Assembly (NCBI GenBank): GCA_964573665.1
Contig: CAZNKI010000002.1
Location: forward strand, 70,526 to 134,525
Direction of reading: 5' to 3'
DNA from: an uncultured Candidatus Cloacimonadota bacterium
Lineage (GTDB): Bacteria; Cloacimonadota; Cloacimonadia; Cloacimonadales; WRIO01
DNA length: 64,000 bases
In this document: piece after piece, positions 1-10,275 of the stretch
Position numbering within the stretch: the first letter of the stretch is position 1
How the letters are laid out: each line of letters begins with the position of its first letter
Program-made: the position numbers and the translations under genes
The notes under the pieces: model-generated
The model's input: the letters and a program-made list of their open reading frames with translations, nothing else
Told to the model about the DNA's origin: nothing
The model's database searches: none

Positions 1-68
1 AGATAAATTTTAAGAGCAAAGCATTGTCTTTGCTCTTCTTTTTGTTTGAATTAATTCGGAGCAAGACA

Positions 69-1727
69 ATGAGTTGGATTTTTTGTGTGAACAGTAATAA
101 ACCTTTTCTAAAATGGGAAATTGAGAAGTTTATTGATACGCATAAGACAACAGACCATTGTGTAATAACACCTTCTCTATATCTAGCCTTTTCAGCTCAT
201 GAAAAACATATAACAATTCATTATGAAAATTATAAACGTACAGCAGGATGGATCGTCCTCGGTACAGGGATATTATTTAAAGAAACAGGTTTTGGTTTTG
301 CTGAAAAGAATGACTGGAAAAGATTGATAGATGGAGAGATTCACTGGCAAGATATGAATGGCCAATTCCTTGTCTTTAAATGGAATGATGATATTATTGA
401 AATCTGGAATGATACGTTAGGCTTCAAAGATATTTTTTTTACAAGATCACAGGGCTATTCTGTCTATTCAACACGTTTAGATTGGCTTTCTGACTATATT
501 CCGCAAAAAAAATGGAACTACAAAGCATTTGGGTCATTATTATTAAGTGGTGATCTGATCTTACCTCAAGTTCTTCTTAAAGACGTTCATCAATTAGGAC
601 AGGCTGGTTTTTTAAAATCGAACCAACAAAGATTTCAAACAGGCAAGAGAAAATTTACTTTAATTGATGAAGAAAAAACAGATATTAATCAGTACTTTTT
701 TTACTTGAATAAAGCATTAATGTTAGTTCCTGAATCAAATCAGCTTTTATTGCTGAAAGAAGAGAAATCGATATCCCAGAGATACGTATTATCAGTGTTA
801 TTAAACAAAGCAAAAAATAAATGGTCTATACTGGAGCCTTCTGATACGGATGAACTTAATGAATTTTTAATTATGCAGAGTGCATTGAACTTTTCTTCAG
901 AGAAAAACCCTGGACATGATGATTATCAACGTTTAATTAATCTTTGGAAAGATTATGTTTATTCAAGTATCAATATGAACTTTCCCCAAGATTTAAATCT
1001 GATACAAAGTGCTTCAGAAATAAAAAATGCCAACTATTGTTATCAGTCCCATTATTTTCATAAATTTTTTGTATCAAAAGAACCCTTATCTCCACCAAGA
1101 GCATTAAAAAAGTTTTTTGAAAATTATAAGATTGAAGAGTACTTAAAATCATTTAAAACAGATTTTTCCTGGCTGAGAGAAGAATGGCTAATCTTTTTTC
1201 GGAAGGGTTTATTACAGTATATTGAGGATCTTAATGCTGATATCAATAAATATCAGTTAGATAGTAATGATGATAAAAATCATTATTTAGAGATTCAACT
1301 TAAAGCTTTAAGGAAATATGCTCCTCAACATAATTATATGTCTCAATTTATAAATATTTATTCACCTTTATTGAATTTTGCTTTGATAAAGATGCGAATG
1401 AATTTAGATCTAAGCTTAGATGAACTCAATCATTTATACCATATGCAGATAGAAAAGAACTATCCTGAGCTTCTTTTTTACTTGAAGTTTAAAGAAAAAA
1501 AACGTCTACTTCAGGATGAAGTATTAATCAATCCCTATTATTTTAATGTGTTTAAAGAGGAAATATTTGATACATTAAGATCAAAGGACTGCATTCATAG
1601 TTCCTACTATCAAAATAAAAAAATAGATAAACTGATTAGCAAGGCAGATTCTGGGCAGTTAAAGTCGCAAAAGACTTTAATTCAGTGCTTCGGTTTTGAA
1701 CTTTGGAGAAAAAAACTTGATTCATAA
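69..1727 (+). CDS. Hypothetical protein, degenerate asparagine-synthetase (AsnB)-like
   Basis: ORF 24..1727, likely ATG at 69. 'MNGQFLVFKW...WNDTLGFKDIFF' resembles the class II glutamine amidotransferase-like domain and the C-terminal 'FGFELWRKKL' resembles AsnB tails, but there is no SGGxDS motif. Confidence 0.45.
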   Translation: MSWIFCVNSNKPFLKWEIEKFIDTHKTTDHCVITPSLYLAFSAHEKHITIHYENYKRTAGWIVLGTGILFKETGFGFAEKNDWKRLIDGEIHWQDMNGQFLVFKWNDDIIEIWNDTLGFKDIFFTRSQGYSVYSTRLDWLSDYIPQKKWNYKAFGSLLLSGDLILPQVLLKDVHQLGQAGFLKSNQQRFQTGKRKFTLIDEEKTDINQYFFYLNKALMLVPESNQLLLLKEEKSISQRYVLSVLLNKAKNKWSILEPSDTDELNEFLIMQSALNFSSEKNPGHDDYQRLINLWKDYVYSSINMNFPQDLNLIQSASEIKNANYCYQSHYFHKFFVSKEPLSPPRALKKFFENYKIEEYLKSFKTDFSWLREEWLIFFRKGLLQYIEDLNADINKYQLDSNDDKNHYLEIQLKALRKYAPQHNYMSQFINIYSPLLNFALIKMRMNLDLSLDELNHLYHMQIEKNYPELLFYLKFKEKKRLLQDEVLINPYYFNVFKEEIFDTLRSKDCIHSSYYQNKKIDKLISKADSGQLKSQKTLIQCFGFELWRKKLDS

Positions 1728-1764
1728 AATACAGACAAGCAGGACTGTAAAGTAAGGAGATGTT

Positions 1765-3288
1765 ATGGCAAAAGCGCCAAAAACTGCAATTGTACCAACC
1801 AGAGAAGAGGATTATCCTGAATGGTACCAACAGGTGATTAAAGCTGCGGACTTAGCTGAAAATAGTGATGTGCGTGGATGTATGGTAATAAAACCATGGG
1901 GATATGCAATTTGGGAAAATATTCAAAAGAATTTAGATGCGATGTTTAAAGAAACAGGACATAAAAATGCTTATTTTCCGATTTTTATACCAAAAAGCTT
2001 TTTTGAAAAAGAAGCTGAACATGTTGAAGGTTTTGCAAAAGAATGTGCGGTTGTCACCCATTCACGTTTGGAAAATGATGGAAATGGAGGACTTAAAGTT
2101 GCTGGAGAATTGACCGAACCTTATATTGTTCGTCCAACATCTGAAACTATTATTGGTGCTTCTTTCGCAAAATGGACACAGTCTTATCGTGATCTGCCGT
2201 TATTAATAAATCAATGGGCCAACGTAGTAAGATGGGAGTTAAGAACTCGTCTATTTTTAAGAACTGCAGAATTTTTATGGCAGGAAGGACATACAGTTCA
2301 TGCCACTCGTGAAGAAGCTGAATGGGAAACCAGACAGATGCTTGATGTTTATGCTGAATTTGCAAATGACTATTTAGCTATTCCAGTGATTAAAGGAGAA
2401 AAAACAGCCAGTGAACGCTTCCCGGGTGCTGTTGCAACTTACTGTATCGAAGCGATGATGCAGGACAAAAAAGCATTACAAGCAGGCACCTCTCATTTTC
2501 TTGGTCAGAATTTTGCTAAAGCATCTGAAATCAAATTCCAAAATAAAAATGGAGAGATTGAATATGCATGGACAACTTCATGGGGCGTCTCAACACGATT
2601 GATTGGAGCCTTAATCATGGCGCATAGCGATGATAATGGTTTGGTTCTTCCTCCGAGAATTGCTCCTGAACATATCATTTTTATCCCAATATTCAAGACA
2701 GATGAAGAAAAAGAGCAAGTGATGTCTTTTATTAATACGATCGTAACGAAAATTAAAGCTCTGAGATATCATGATGAAAAGATTAGAGTTGAGATTGATC
2801 AGAGAGATCTTACAGGGAGTGAAAAAAGCTGGCACTGGATTAAAAAAGGGGCTCCTTTAAGAGTAGAAATCGGACCAAGAGATTTACAAAATAATTCTGT
2901 CTTTGTTGGAAGAAGAGATAAAGATCCCAAAGATAAAACTTCTTATCAAGCAGATGATTTTGTAAACCAAATTCCTCAAATTTTAGATGATATTCAGAGT
3001 GCTATTTATCAAAAAGCATTGGCATTTAGAAAAGAAAACACTCTGGATATTAATAATCATGATGAGTTTTATGCTTATTTTACACCAAAAAACGCTGATC
3101 GACCTGAAGTTCATGGTGGTTTTGCGCATTCTCACTGGTGTGGTGATCCTAATTGTGAAGAAAAAATCAAAACTGATTTAAAAGTTACCATTCGTTGCAT
3201 TCCTCTTGAACCTGTAAAAGAATCAGGGAAATGTATTTGTTGTGGTAAAGACAGTAATCTAAGAGTTATTTTTGCAAAGAGTTATTAA
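1765..3288 (+). CDS. proS: Proline--tRNA ligase (archaeal/eukaryote-like type with C-terminal Cys domain)
   Basis: Motifs 'VRPTSETII', 'QWANVVRWE', 'FLRTAEFLWQEGHT', 'QAGTSHFLGQNF', 'TSWGVSTRLIG' and C-terminal 'TIRCIP...CICCG...FAKSY'. Confidence 0.97.
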   Translation: MAKAPKTAIVPTREEDYPEWYQQVIKAADLAENSDVRGCMVIKPWGYAIWENIQKNLDAMFKETGHKNAYFPIFIPKSFFEKEAEHVEGFAKECAVVTHSRLENDGNGGLKVAGELTEPYIVRPTSETIIGASFAKWTQSYRDLPLLINQWANVVRWELRTRLFLRTAEFLWQEGHTVHATREEAEWETRQMLDVYAEFANDYLAIPVIKGEKTASERFPGAVATYCIEAMMQDKKALQAGTSHFLGQNFAKASEIKFQNKNGEIEYAWTTSWGVSTRLIGALIMAHSDDNGLVLPPRIAPEHIIFIPIFKTDEEKEQVMSFINTIVTKIKALRYHDEKIRVEIDQRDLTGSEKSWHWIKKGAPLRVEIGPRDLQNNSVFVGRRDKDPKDKTSYQADDFVNQIPQILDDIQSAIYQKALAFRKENTLDINNHDEFYAYFTPKNADRPEVHGGFAHSHWCGDPNCEEKIKTDLKVTIRCIPLEPVKESGKCICCGKDSNLRVIFAKSY

Positions 3289-3293
3289 TATAT

Positions 3294-3316
3294 GGGGGAT
3301 TATTCCCCCTTTTTTA
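3294..3316 (+). terminator. Intrinsic terminator after proS
   Basis: GGGGGA-TTAT-TCCCCC hairpin followed by a T run. Confidence 0.7.
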
Positions 3317-3322
3317 TAAGAG

Positions 3323-3673
3323 GTGATTATGAAGAAATTTATGATTTTTATGAAAGGGTCTCAGGATTATTTTTATAATCTCAGTCCACAGGAACAACAG
3401 CTTTTAATTCAAGAACATGTTAATTGGTCTAAATATTTAAAAGAAAACGATTTATTTGTTGAGGGTAATGGATTCGCAAGGAAAAATGCAACGATTAAAC
3501 AGGTTAATAGTGACTTATTTGTTTCAATGGATTCAAATTTTTCAAACGAAAATGAGCCAAGCGGATATTATATCATCAAATGTGACTCTATGGAAGAAGC
3601 AATTGAAATTGCAAAAGGTTGTCCTGCGCTAAATTATGGTGAATTAGTAGAAATTATTGAAATTGGTCATTAA
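3323..3673 (+). CDS. YciI/DGPF-family small protein
   Basis: 116 aa; 'KKFMIFMK...HVNW...L' and 'SGYYIIKCDSMEEAIEIAKGCP' match the YciI-like pattern; RBS GAGG upstream. Confidence 0.7.
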   Translation: MIMKKFMIFMKGSQDYFYNLSPQEQQLLIQEHVNWSKYLKENDLFVEGNGFARKNATIKQVNSDLFVSMDSNFSNENEPSGYYIIKCDSMEEAIEIAKGCPALNYGELVEIIEIGH

Positions 3674-4412
3674 ACATCATTTGATTCATGTTGTCATAAT
3701 ATGTTGCTACATAATGATGTGAATCATTAACTGCCTGAATAATATCTTCAGTTTGAGATAGTTTCACACAAAAAGCTGTTGAAAAAGCACACCCAGTCCC
3801 ATGAGAATATTTCCATGATTTGCGTTTAAAATCAAAATGATAGATACTGCTTTTTGTTATAAACACTTCATGTATCAGCTCATGTTCAAAATGCCCTCCC
3901 TTTAAATAAAAAGAAAGATTCGAGTCAAAACATTCATTGACGATCCTAATTGCTTCGTTAAGCGTTTGAATATTCTGTTTGCATAACAGCTCTAATTCTA
4001 GTTTATTTGGACATACTATATCCACATAAGGTAATAAATATTTCTTTAAATAATCAATATCAGCATCCTCTAAAAATTTTGTCCCAGAACTTGATTGAAA
4101 TACAGGATCTAAAACTACTGTCCCTTTAAATTTTGTTAAGTGCTTGATGATTACGGGAATTAATGATTGATGAGGGATTAATCCTATTTTTATGCCTTTA
4201 ACAGGAAAATTATCTAACAAATGTGATAAGCATTGATCTAAAAAATCGGTATCAATAGATTTTACTTTTTTTACTTTATGAAAATCTTGAATACTGAATC
4301 CTGTGATGGCAGAAAGACCCCATACTTTAAAGTGATTAAATACTTTTTGGTCTTGTTCTATCCCTGCACCACAAGATGAATCTGAACAGGCGATACTTAT
4401 ATAATAATCCAT
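3654..4412 (-). CDS. thiD: Hydroxymethylpyrimidine/phosphomethylpyrimidine kinase
   Basis: True start likely ATG at 4412 (MDYYISIACSDSSCGAGIEQD). Motifs 'VLDPV', 'PNKLE', 'LKGGH' and 'SHGTGCAFS'; last gene of the thi operon. Confidence 0.88.
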   Translation of the reverse strand: MDYYISIACSDSSCGAGIEQDQKVFNHFKVWGLSAITGFSIQDFHKVKKVKSIDTDFLDQCLSHLLDNFPVKGIKIGLIPHQSLIPVIIKHLTKFKGTVVLDPVFQSSSGTKFLEDADIDYLKKYLLPYVDIVCPNKLELELLCKQNIQTLNEAIRIVNECFDSNLSFYLKGGHFEHELIHEVFITKSSIYHFDFKRKSWKYSHGTGCAFSTAFCVKLSQTEDIIQAVNDSHHYVATYYDNMNQMMFNDQFQ

Positions 4413-4461
4413 TTTATTCTCCAATAAAAATTGATACCCCTTCCTGAGAAGGGGTATAAGC

Positions 4462-5727
4462 TTATTTTTGCGAAACTTTGATCGCACATAATTGCCCGCA
4501 CATAGAACATTCATTTTTATCTTTGCTTGTAGATTGTTTTCTTGATCTGGCATGTTCTGGGTCGATGGAATTTTCATACATTCCTTCCCAGTCTAGATTT
4601 GCTCTTGCTTGAGACATTAAATAATCTCTCTTTACTGATTTCTTTATGCCTTTGGAAATATCAGCGCTATGAGCTGCAATTTTAAAAGCAATCGTTCCTA
4701 TTTTTATATCATCGCAATTAGGTAAACATAAATGCTCAGCTGGCGTGACACAGCATAAGAAATCTGCACCATATACAGCTGCAGCAGTAGCTCCTATCGC
4801 TCCTGTGATATGATCATAACCCGCAGAAATGTCTGTAGTTAATGGTCCTAATACATAAAAAGGAGCATTTTGGCAAAGTGCTTTTTGTAACTGAATATTC
4901 ATCTCGATATCTTTCCATGGCACGTGTCCAGGACCTTCTACCATCACTTGAACATGATTTCTTTTACATTCTTTGACGAGTTCTCCTAAGATCATTAATT
5001 CTGCAAGTTGGGCATGATCAGTTGCATCGGCTTGTCCTCCTGGTCTAAGTCCGTCGCCTAAACTTAATGTAACATCATGTTTTTTACAGATGTTTAGAAG
5101 GCGATCAAAGTGCTCATATAAAGGGTTTTCTTTTTTGTTAACTTTCATCCAGTGTTTGAGTAAGCTCCCTCCTCTACTAACGATACCGACAAGCCTTGGA
5201 TTCTTTTCTAAAAAATCAAGGCTTCTATAATTTAATCCACAATGAACAGTCATGAAATCAACACCTTGCTCGGCTTGCTTTTCTATTTCTTCAAAGAGTT
5301 GATTAGTACTCATCGAAGAAAATGCTTTGCCTTGTTCTGCTAAATCACTGATCACTGAGTAAATCGGCACTGTGCCCATCATAACAGGACTATGTGCTAA
5401 AAGTTCTTTTCTGATTTCATCAAGATTACCTGATGTGGACAAATCCATAAAACTGTCAGCTCCATACCGAATAGCAATTTCTAGTTTTTTTAATTCTTCT
5501 TTAACATCCACATTGTTTTCTGATGTCCCAAGATTTATATTGATTTTTGTGCTTAATCCTCTACCGATAGCTCTTGCTTTAAATTTTCTGTTATTGTTTG
5601 CTGGAATAACGATTGATCCATCGATTAGTCCATTAATGATGAAATCTGGATGAACTTCATCGTAGTCAGCTCCATTTTTTATTTGCTCATGTATCTTCTG
5701 CTCTAATGCTTCATTGATTAATGTCAT
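4462..5727 (-). CDS. thiC: Phosphomethylpyrimidine synthase
   Basis: Motifs 'TKININLGTS', 'MDLST', 'GTVPIY', 'TVHCG', 'SRGGS', 'LGDGLRPG', 'EGPGH', 'PAEHL' and C-terminal 'CSMCGQLC'. Confidence 0.96.
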   Translation of the reverse strand: MTLINEALEQKIHEQIKNGADYDEVHPDFIINGLIDGSIVIPANNNRKFKARAIGRGLSTKININLGTSENNVDVKEELKKLEIAIRYGADSFMDLSTSGNLDEIRKELLAHSPVMMGTVPIYSVISDLAEQGKAFSSMSTNQLFEEIEKQAEQGVDFMTVHCGLNYRSLDFLEKNPRLVGIVSRGGSLLKHWMKVNKKENPLYEHFDRLLNICKKHDVTLSLGDGLRPGGQADATDHAQLAELMILGELVKECKRNHVQVMVEGPGHVPWKDIEMNIQLQKALCQNAPFYVLGPLTTDISAGYDHITGAIGATAAAVYGADFLCCVTPAEHLCLPNCDDIKIGTIAFKIAAHSADISKGIKKSVKRDYLMSQARANLDWEGMYENSIDPEHARSRKQSTSKDKNECSMCGQLCAIKVSQK

Positions 5728-6353
5728 TGTCTTTCCTTTATCTTTTCTAAAATGAGATCCAGTCTATCTGAAAACTTGTCTGTATGCATGAAATATCTGA
5801 CAAGAGCGAGATTATTAACTCCTTGATCAAGTACATCATGTATATTGCTTATATCAATACCTCCAATACCGACAACCGGGATATGAAAAATCCTACTGCT
5901 TTCCAATACAGCATTTAATGGTTCAAGTCCTGTGACTGGATCAGCTTTGGCTTTCGTTGGTGTAGGGTAGAGGGGGCCAAATCCAATATAATCTGGTTTT
6001 TCACTCAATGCATTAAGGGCTTGAGAAATATTGTGAGTGGATAACCCGATGATCTTTTTACTGCCTAATAATAATTCAGCTTCTTTTTTAGTGATATCAT
6101 CCTGCCCCAAGTGAACTCCATCTGCTCCAGATAAAAGAGCTATGTCAACTCTGTCATTGATGATTAGTTTGGTATTTGTAAAACGACAGATCGAGGCTAG
6201 ATCTTTAGCCATTTGAAGAAGAGTTCGATCATCAAGATTTTTTTCTCTTAACTGAATATAGCGTATCCCTTTTTTTACACAAATTTCAGCAATCTCTGTA
6301 TGTTTTAATACAGGTTGAGTTAAGATGATATAGAGACCAAAATCATTGTCCAT
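5724..6353 (-). CDS. thiE: Thiamine-phosphate synthase
   Basis: Motifs 'IQLREK', 'IINDRVDIA', 'GVHLGQDD', 'GLSTH', 'PTPTK' and 'VGIGGI'. Confidence 0.95.
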   Translation of the reverse strand: MDNDFGLYIILTQPVLKHTEIAEICVKKGIRYIQLREKNLDDRTLLQMAKDLASICRFTNTKLIINDRVDIALLSGADGVHLGQDDITKKEAELLLGSKKIIGLSTHNISQALNALSEKPDYIGFGPLYPTPTKAKADPVTGLEPLNAVLESSRIFHIPVVGIGGIDISNIHDVLDQGVNNLALVRYFMHTDKFSDRLDLILEKIKERQ

Positions 6354-7119
6354 TCTTTAGTTCCATATCTATTAAATGTGCAGCTTTTTCTCCTGATAAA
6401 AGCATTCCTCCGAAAATAGGTCCCATTCTAAATGATCCAAATACACCATTAGCGGCCATTCCTGAAACAAATAAACCTGGATACACTTCTTTAGTGTTCT
6501 CGATAGTACTGCTTTCGCCTTCATACACTGCAAGCGATTTTTCACCCATCAGTGATCCACTCTCTGTATTGAGTCGGATATTATTTTTTTGGGCTGCTAT
6601 TCTTGAAATTTCTGAAGGATGACCAGTGGCATCTAGTACAATTTTTGATACGATCATTAATGGATCGACATGCATGTCTAATCTTCTGACAGGTGTCCAA
6701 TTGATGACAACACCAGATATACGGTCATTTAAAAAAATGACATCTTCAACAGAAATACAATTAAATATCTTTGCCCCAGACTTTGATGCATGATATATGA
6801 GTGAACTGGTAGCTTGAACTGAATCACAGGTTGCGATTTCGTCATCCACTTTTTCAATTTGAATTTCATAACGCTTTAAGATACCCCATGCTTCTTTTTG
6901 TACAACAATCTCATTCATCATCATTGCACCTCCCCACATTCCACCACCAGGGGCAAGTTTACTATCAAATAGTACTACAGAATATCCTTTTTTTGCAAGA
7001 ATTTCGCTGGCTACAAGTCCAGATGGACCTCCTCCAACAATAACGACATCAACACTTAAATGTGATTGTAACTTGTGAAAATATGAAGTTACAATTGCTT
7101 TGGAAACGTTTGCTTCCAT
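6343..7119 (-). CDS. thi4: Sulfide-dependent adenosine diphosphate thiazole synthase (Thi4 family)
   Basis: Motifs 'DVVIVGGGPSGL', 'GGGMWGG', 'HVDPL', 'DATGH' and 'FRMGPIFGGMLLSG'. Confidence 0.93.
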   Translation of the reverse strand: MEANVSKAIVTSYFHKLQSHLSVDVVIVGGGPSGLVASEILAKKGYSVVLFDSKLAPGGGMWGGAMMMNEIVVQKEAWGILKRYEIQIEKVDDEIATCDSVQATSSLIYHASKSGAKIFNCISVEDVIFLNDRISGVVINWTPVRRLDMHVDPLMIVSKIVLDATGHPSEISRIAAQKNNIRLNTESGSLMGEKSLAVYEGESSTIENTKEVYPGLFVSGMAANGVFGSFRMGPIFGGMLLSGEKAAHLIDMELKNGQ

Positions 7120-7198
7120 TACTCCTCCTTTCTTTTTTAAACAGAATTATACTTCTGTCTTTGGGAGGGTAGTGGGCATAGGATTGAGAAATGTGACT

Positions 7199-7272
7199 TT
7201 CTTCCCTACGCCGGCATTACCCGGATCAGGTTCTAAGGGTATAATCTCAGCCCTTGCGAGCACCCCTATGGT
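7199..7272 (-). ncRNA. TPP (thi-box) riboswitch
   Basis: Minus strand reads ATAGGGGTGC..GCTGAGATTATACCCTTAGAACCTGATCCGGGTAATGCCGGCGTAGGGAAG, the consensus thi-box core, about 80 nt upstream of the thi4 start. Confidence 0.95.
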
Positions 7273-7454
7273 GATTTCCACCATAAACTCAGAAAATTAT
7301 ATTGCATAATTTAGTCAAGAAGAAAAGATTAAGTATATCTATAGACGTGTTAAATACTTTAGATATGCAAAATTCAATCTTCTCTTGACAATCTGACTAA
7401 ATCTTATTTTTTAGAGTTATAATGTGGATTGATAAAAAAAGACTGGAGTTGAAG

Positions 7455-8210
7455 ATGAATCAAATCATTTCTGACAAAGCAAAAATAGGCGAAAATGTAC
7501 AATTAGGTTACAATGTTATCATAATGGATGGTGTAGAAATTTCAGATCATTGTGTCATTGGACATAATGTGGTGATTCATCCTAATGTGAAAATTGGTGC
7601 TTCATGCAGAATCGATGACAATACAATTATTGGTAAAAAACCAATGTTTTCTCCTCGCAGTATTTTTAAAGCACAACAAGAATGGGAACCTACTGAAATC
7701 GGTGATGAATGTCTTATTGGTGCTAATGTGATTATCTATATTCAATGCAAAATCGGTGCTCATAATCTGATTGCAGATCTTGCTTCTATACGTGAAAATG
7801 TGTCAATAGGTGATTATAATATTATCGGTAGAGGTGTCTCTGTTGAAAATTTTTGCAAGATTGGATCTAAAAATAAACTTGAAACTAATGTCTATATCAC
7901 AGCATATTCAGAGATTGAAGATTACTGCTTTGTTGCTCCTTGTGTCGCAACAAGTAATGATAACTATGCTGCTCGTGATAAAGAAAGATACAATCATTTC
8001 AAAGGTATAACCATGAAAAAAGGAGCACGAATTGGTGTTGGATCAAGTATTTTACCGGGAAAAGTCTTAGATGAAGATTGCCTGATCGCAGCTGGTTCTG
8101 TTGTAACGAAGAATGTCCCTTCAAAAGAAATTTGGGCAGGTAACCCCGCCAGATATTTTAGAAATATCCCTGATGCTCAAGCATTGGAAAATAATATTGA
8201 TAAAAAATAG
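7455..8210 (+). CDS. Hexapeptide-repeat (left-handed beta-helix) acyltransferase, WbpD/DapH-like
   Basis: ATG at 7455 after GGAG; many [IV]-G-x-x-x-x repeats; C-terminal 'IAAGSVVTKNVP...WAGNPAR'. Confidence 0.82.
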   Translation: MNQIISDKAKIGENVQLGYNVIIMDGVEISDHCVIGHNVVIHPNVKIGASCRIDDNTIIGKKPMFSPRSIFKAQQEWEPTEIGDECLIGANVIIYIQCKIGAHNLIADLASIRENVSIGDYNIIGRGVSVENFCKIGSKNKLETNVYITAYSEIEDYCFVAPCVATSNDNYAARDKERYNHFKGITMKKGARIGVGSSILPGKVLDEDCLIAAGSVVTKNVPSKEIWAGNPARYFRNIPDAQALENNIDKK

Positions 8211-8215
8211 GATTA

Positions 8216-8932
8216 ATGATGAAATACTTAGTAATTATTCCCACTTATAATGAAATTGATAACATTGAGCAAATAATAAATGCTGTGTTAAAACAGTCAG
8301 AATTGCTTGATATTTTAATTGTTGATGATAATTCTCCAGATAAAACTTCTGATAAAGTGATTCAGATGCAAACTGAAAATTCAAGAATTCACCTGTTAAA
8401 ACGCGCTGGAAAACTTGGTCTTGGCTCTGCTTATGTTGAAGGCTTTACCTATGCGCTTAATCATGAATATGATGGAATTATTCAGATGGACGCAGATTTT
8501 TCTCATGATCCAGACATGATCCCTCCAATGATAGAGTTGAGTCAAAAGTATGATATCGTTATCGGCTCAAGATATATTGAAGGAATTAATGTTGTAAACT
8601 GGCCACTTTCTCGTTTAATCCTTAGCTTTATGGCGTCTAAATATGTCCAAGTGATTACAGGTATGCCAATTAAAGATCCAACGGGCGGTTTTAAATGTAT
8701 TAAGAGAAAAGTTTTGGAAAATATTAAACTTAATGAAATCATGGCTGACGGTTACTCTTTCCAGATTGAAATAAACTACCGTGCCTGGGTTAAAAGATTC
8801 AAAATTAAAGAGATGTCGATTGTTTTCACAGATCGTCGCAGTGGTCAGTCAAAAATGTCTAAAAAGATCATTTATGAAGCAATATTTATGGTTTGGAAAT
8901 TAAAAATGATGCATCTGTTAGGAAAATTATGA
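8216..8932 (+). CDS. GT2 polyprenol-monophosphomannose-synthase-like glycosyltransferase
   Basis: Motifs 'IIPTYNE', 'VDDNSPD', 'GKLGLGSAY', 'MDADFSH' and 'DPTGGFK'. Confidence 0.9.
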   Translation: MMKYLVIIPTYNEIDNIEQIINAVLKQSELLDILIVDDNSPDKTSDKVIQMQTENSRIHLLKRAGKLGLGSAYVEGFTYALNHEYDGIIQMDADFSHDPDMIPPMIELSQKYDIVIGSRYIEGINVVNWPLSRLILSFMASKYVQVITGMPIKDPTGGFKCIKRKVLENIKLNEIMADGYSFQIEINYRAWVKRFKIKEMSIVFTDRRSGQSKMSKKIIYEAIFMVWKLKMMHLLGKL

Positions 8933-10275
8933 TCGATTATCCAGAAATTATTGCTGCATTAAAAATTGAAAAATGCGTCAATAAAGCGTATGGATTATCT
9001 TACTTTGAACAATATACAGTCTTTGTAGAAAATACATTGCCAGGTGATATTGTTAATGTTCAGGTTTTATACCGTAAAAAGAATGTGTTATTTGCGAAGG
9101 TTCATGATTTTATAACTTTTTCTCCAATTTCAAGAATTCATCGATGCAAAGTCTCTAGTCTCTGTGGTGGATGTGAATGGGTCAATATCTCATATACTGA
9201 TCAATGCAATTTAAAAAACTTAATTCTGGAAGATATTTACTGGCCATTAAAAGATAAAGTATCTATCGCTTCGATCACTCCCTCACCAAAACCAGATGAA
9301 TACAGAAACAAGAGTTTCATGCCTGTGAGTAAGGAAAATGGAGATATTGTTTATGGTATGTTTGAACGTTCAACGCATCATGTTATCCCACATGAAAAAT
9401 GCCTTCTGCATCCCGCTTTATTTAATGAAATTGCTGATGAAGTGATTACGTTCTTAAAAAAATCTAATGCAGAAATATATAATGAAGAAAAACATAACGG
9501 TAATATCCGCCATATCGGGATTCGCTATTCTGCTCATACAAATGAAATTCTTCTTGTAATCGTTACAAAAAATCGGAAACTGGGATTTACTAATCTCTTA
9601 GTCAAACAGCTTTGTAATCGCTTCCCTCAAATTGTAGGTATTATTCAAAACATTCAGCCAGATCAGAATAACATAATCATCGGTGAAGATGATAAAATTC
9701 TTTTTGGAAGAGATTATTTATTTGAACAGCTTGCAGATATTCGATATAAACTTCATTACAAATCATTTTTCCAGGTCAATTCAGCTCAGGCATTAAAAAT
9801 GTACGAAAAGATAAAAGAATGCTCTGGGACAGATAAAATAGTGCTCGATGCATATTCTGGTGTAGGCTCAATTGGCTTATTTCTTGCCTCAGTTCATAAA
9901 AAAATGATCTTCATAGAGAGCCATCCAGAAGCTCATCAAAATGCCATAGAAAATGCAGAATTAAATCATTTGACAAATACTGAATTTCATTGTGCAAATG
10001 TAGAAGACATCCTCCCACAACTTTTAAAAAAACAACACATTGACCTTATAATTTTTGATCCTCCAAGAAAAGGGATCGATCCCTCTGTACTTGAACTCAC
10101 AGCTGCTCTCAAAATCCCAAAGATCATATACATGAGCTGCAATCCTTCAACTCAAGTGAGAGATATTAACATTCTCCTCAATCTTCACTATCAGATAAAA
10201 GAAATATTGCCCTATGATATGTTTCCTCATACCTGGCATATCGAAAGTATTGCAGTTCTAGAATATTCTAAATAA
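8929..10275 (+). CDS. rlmD: 23S rRNA m5U methyltransferase (RlmD/RumA family)
   Basis: ATGA overlap with the upstream stop; TRAM-like N-terminus, 'C..CGGC', 'SFFQVN', 'DAYSGVG', 'DPPRKG', 'YMSCNP', 'DMFPHTWHIE'. The rRNA/tRNA target is not resolvable from motifs. Confidence 0.85.
   Translation: MIDYPEIIAALKIEKCVNKAYGLSYFEQYTVFVENTLPGDIVNVQVLYRKKNVLFAKVHDFITFSPISRIHRCKVSSLCGGCEWVNISYTDQCNLKNLILEDIYWPLKDKVSIASITPSPKPDEYRNKSFMPVSKENGDIVYGMFERSTHHVIPHEKCLLHPALFNEIADEVITFLKKSNAEIYNEEKHNGNIRHIGIRYSAHTNEILLVIVTKNRKLGFTNLLVKQLCNRFPQIVGIIQNIQPDQNNIIIGEDDKILFGRDYLFEQLADIRYKLHYKSFFQVNSAQALKMYEKIKECSGTDKIVLDAYSGVGSIGLFLASVHKKMIFIESHPEAHQNAIENAELNHLTNTEFHCANVEDILPQLLKKQHIDLIIFDPPRKGIDPSVLELTAALKIPKIIYMSCNPSTQVRDINILLNLHYQIKEILPYDMFPHTWHIESIAVLEYSK

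Noticed and set aside
4413-4577. N-terminal extension of ThiD in the ORF track
   Set aside because: It overlaps the thiC 3' end; family similarity begins at the Met at 4412.
7100-7309. 69-aa ORF over the thi leader
   Set aside because: It is antisense to the TPP riboswitch; a shadow ORF.
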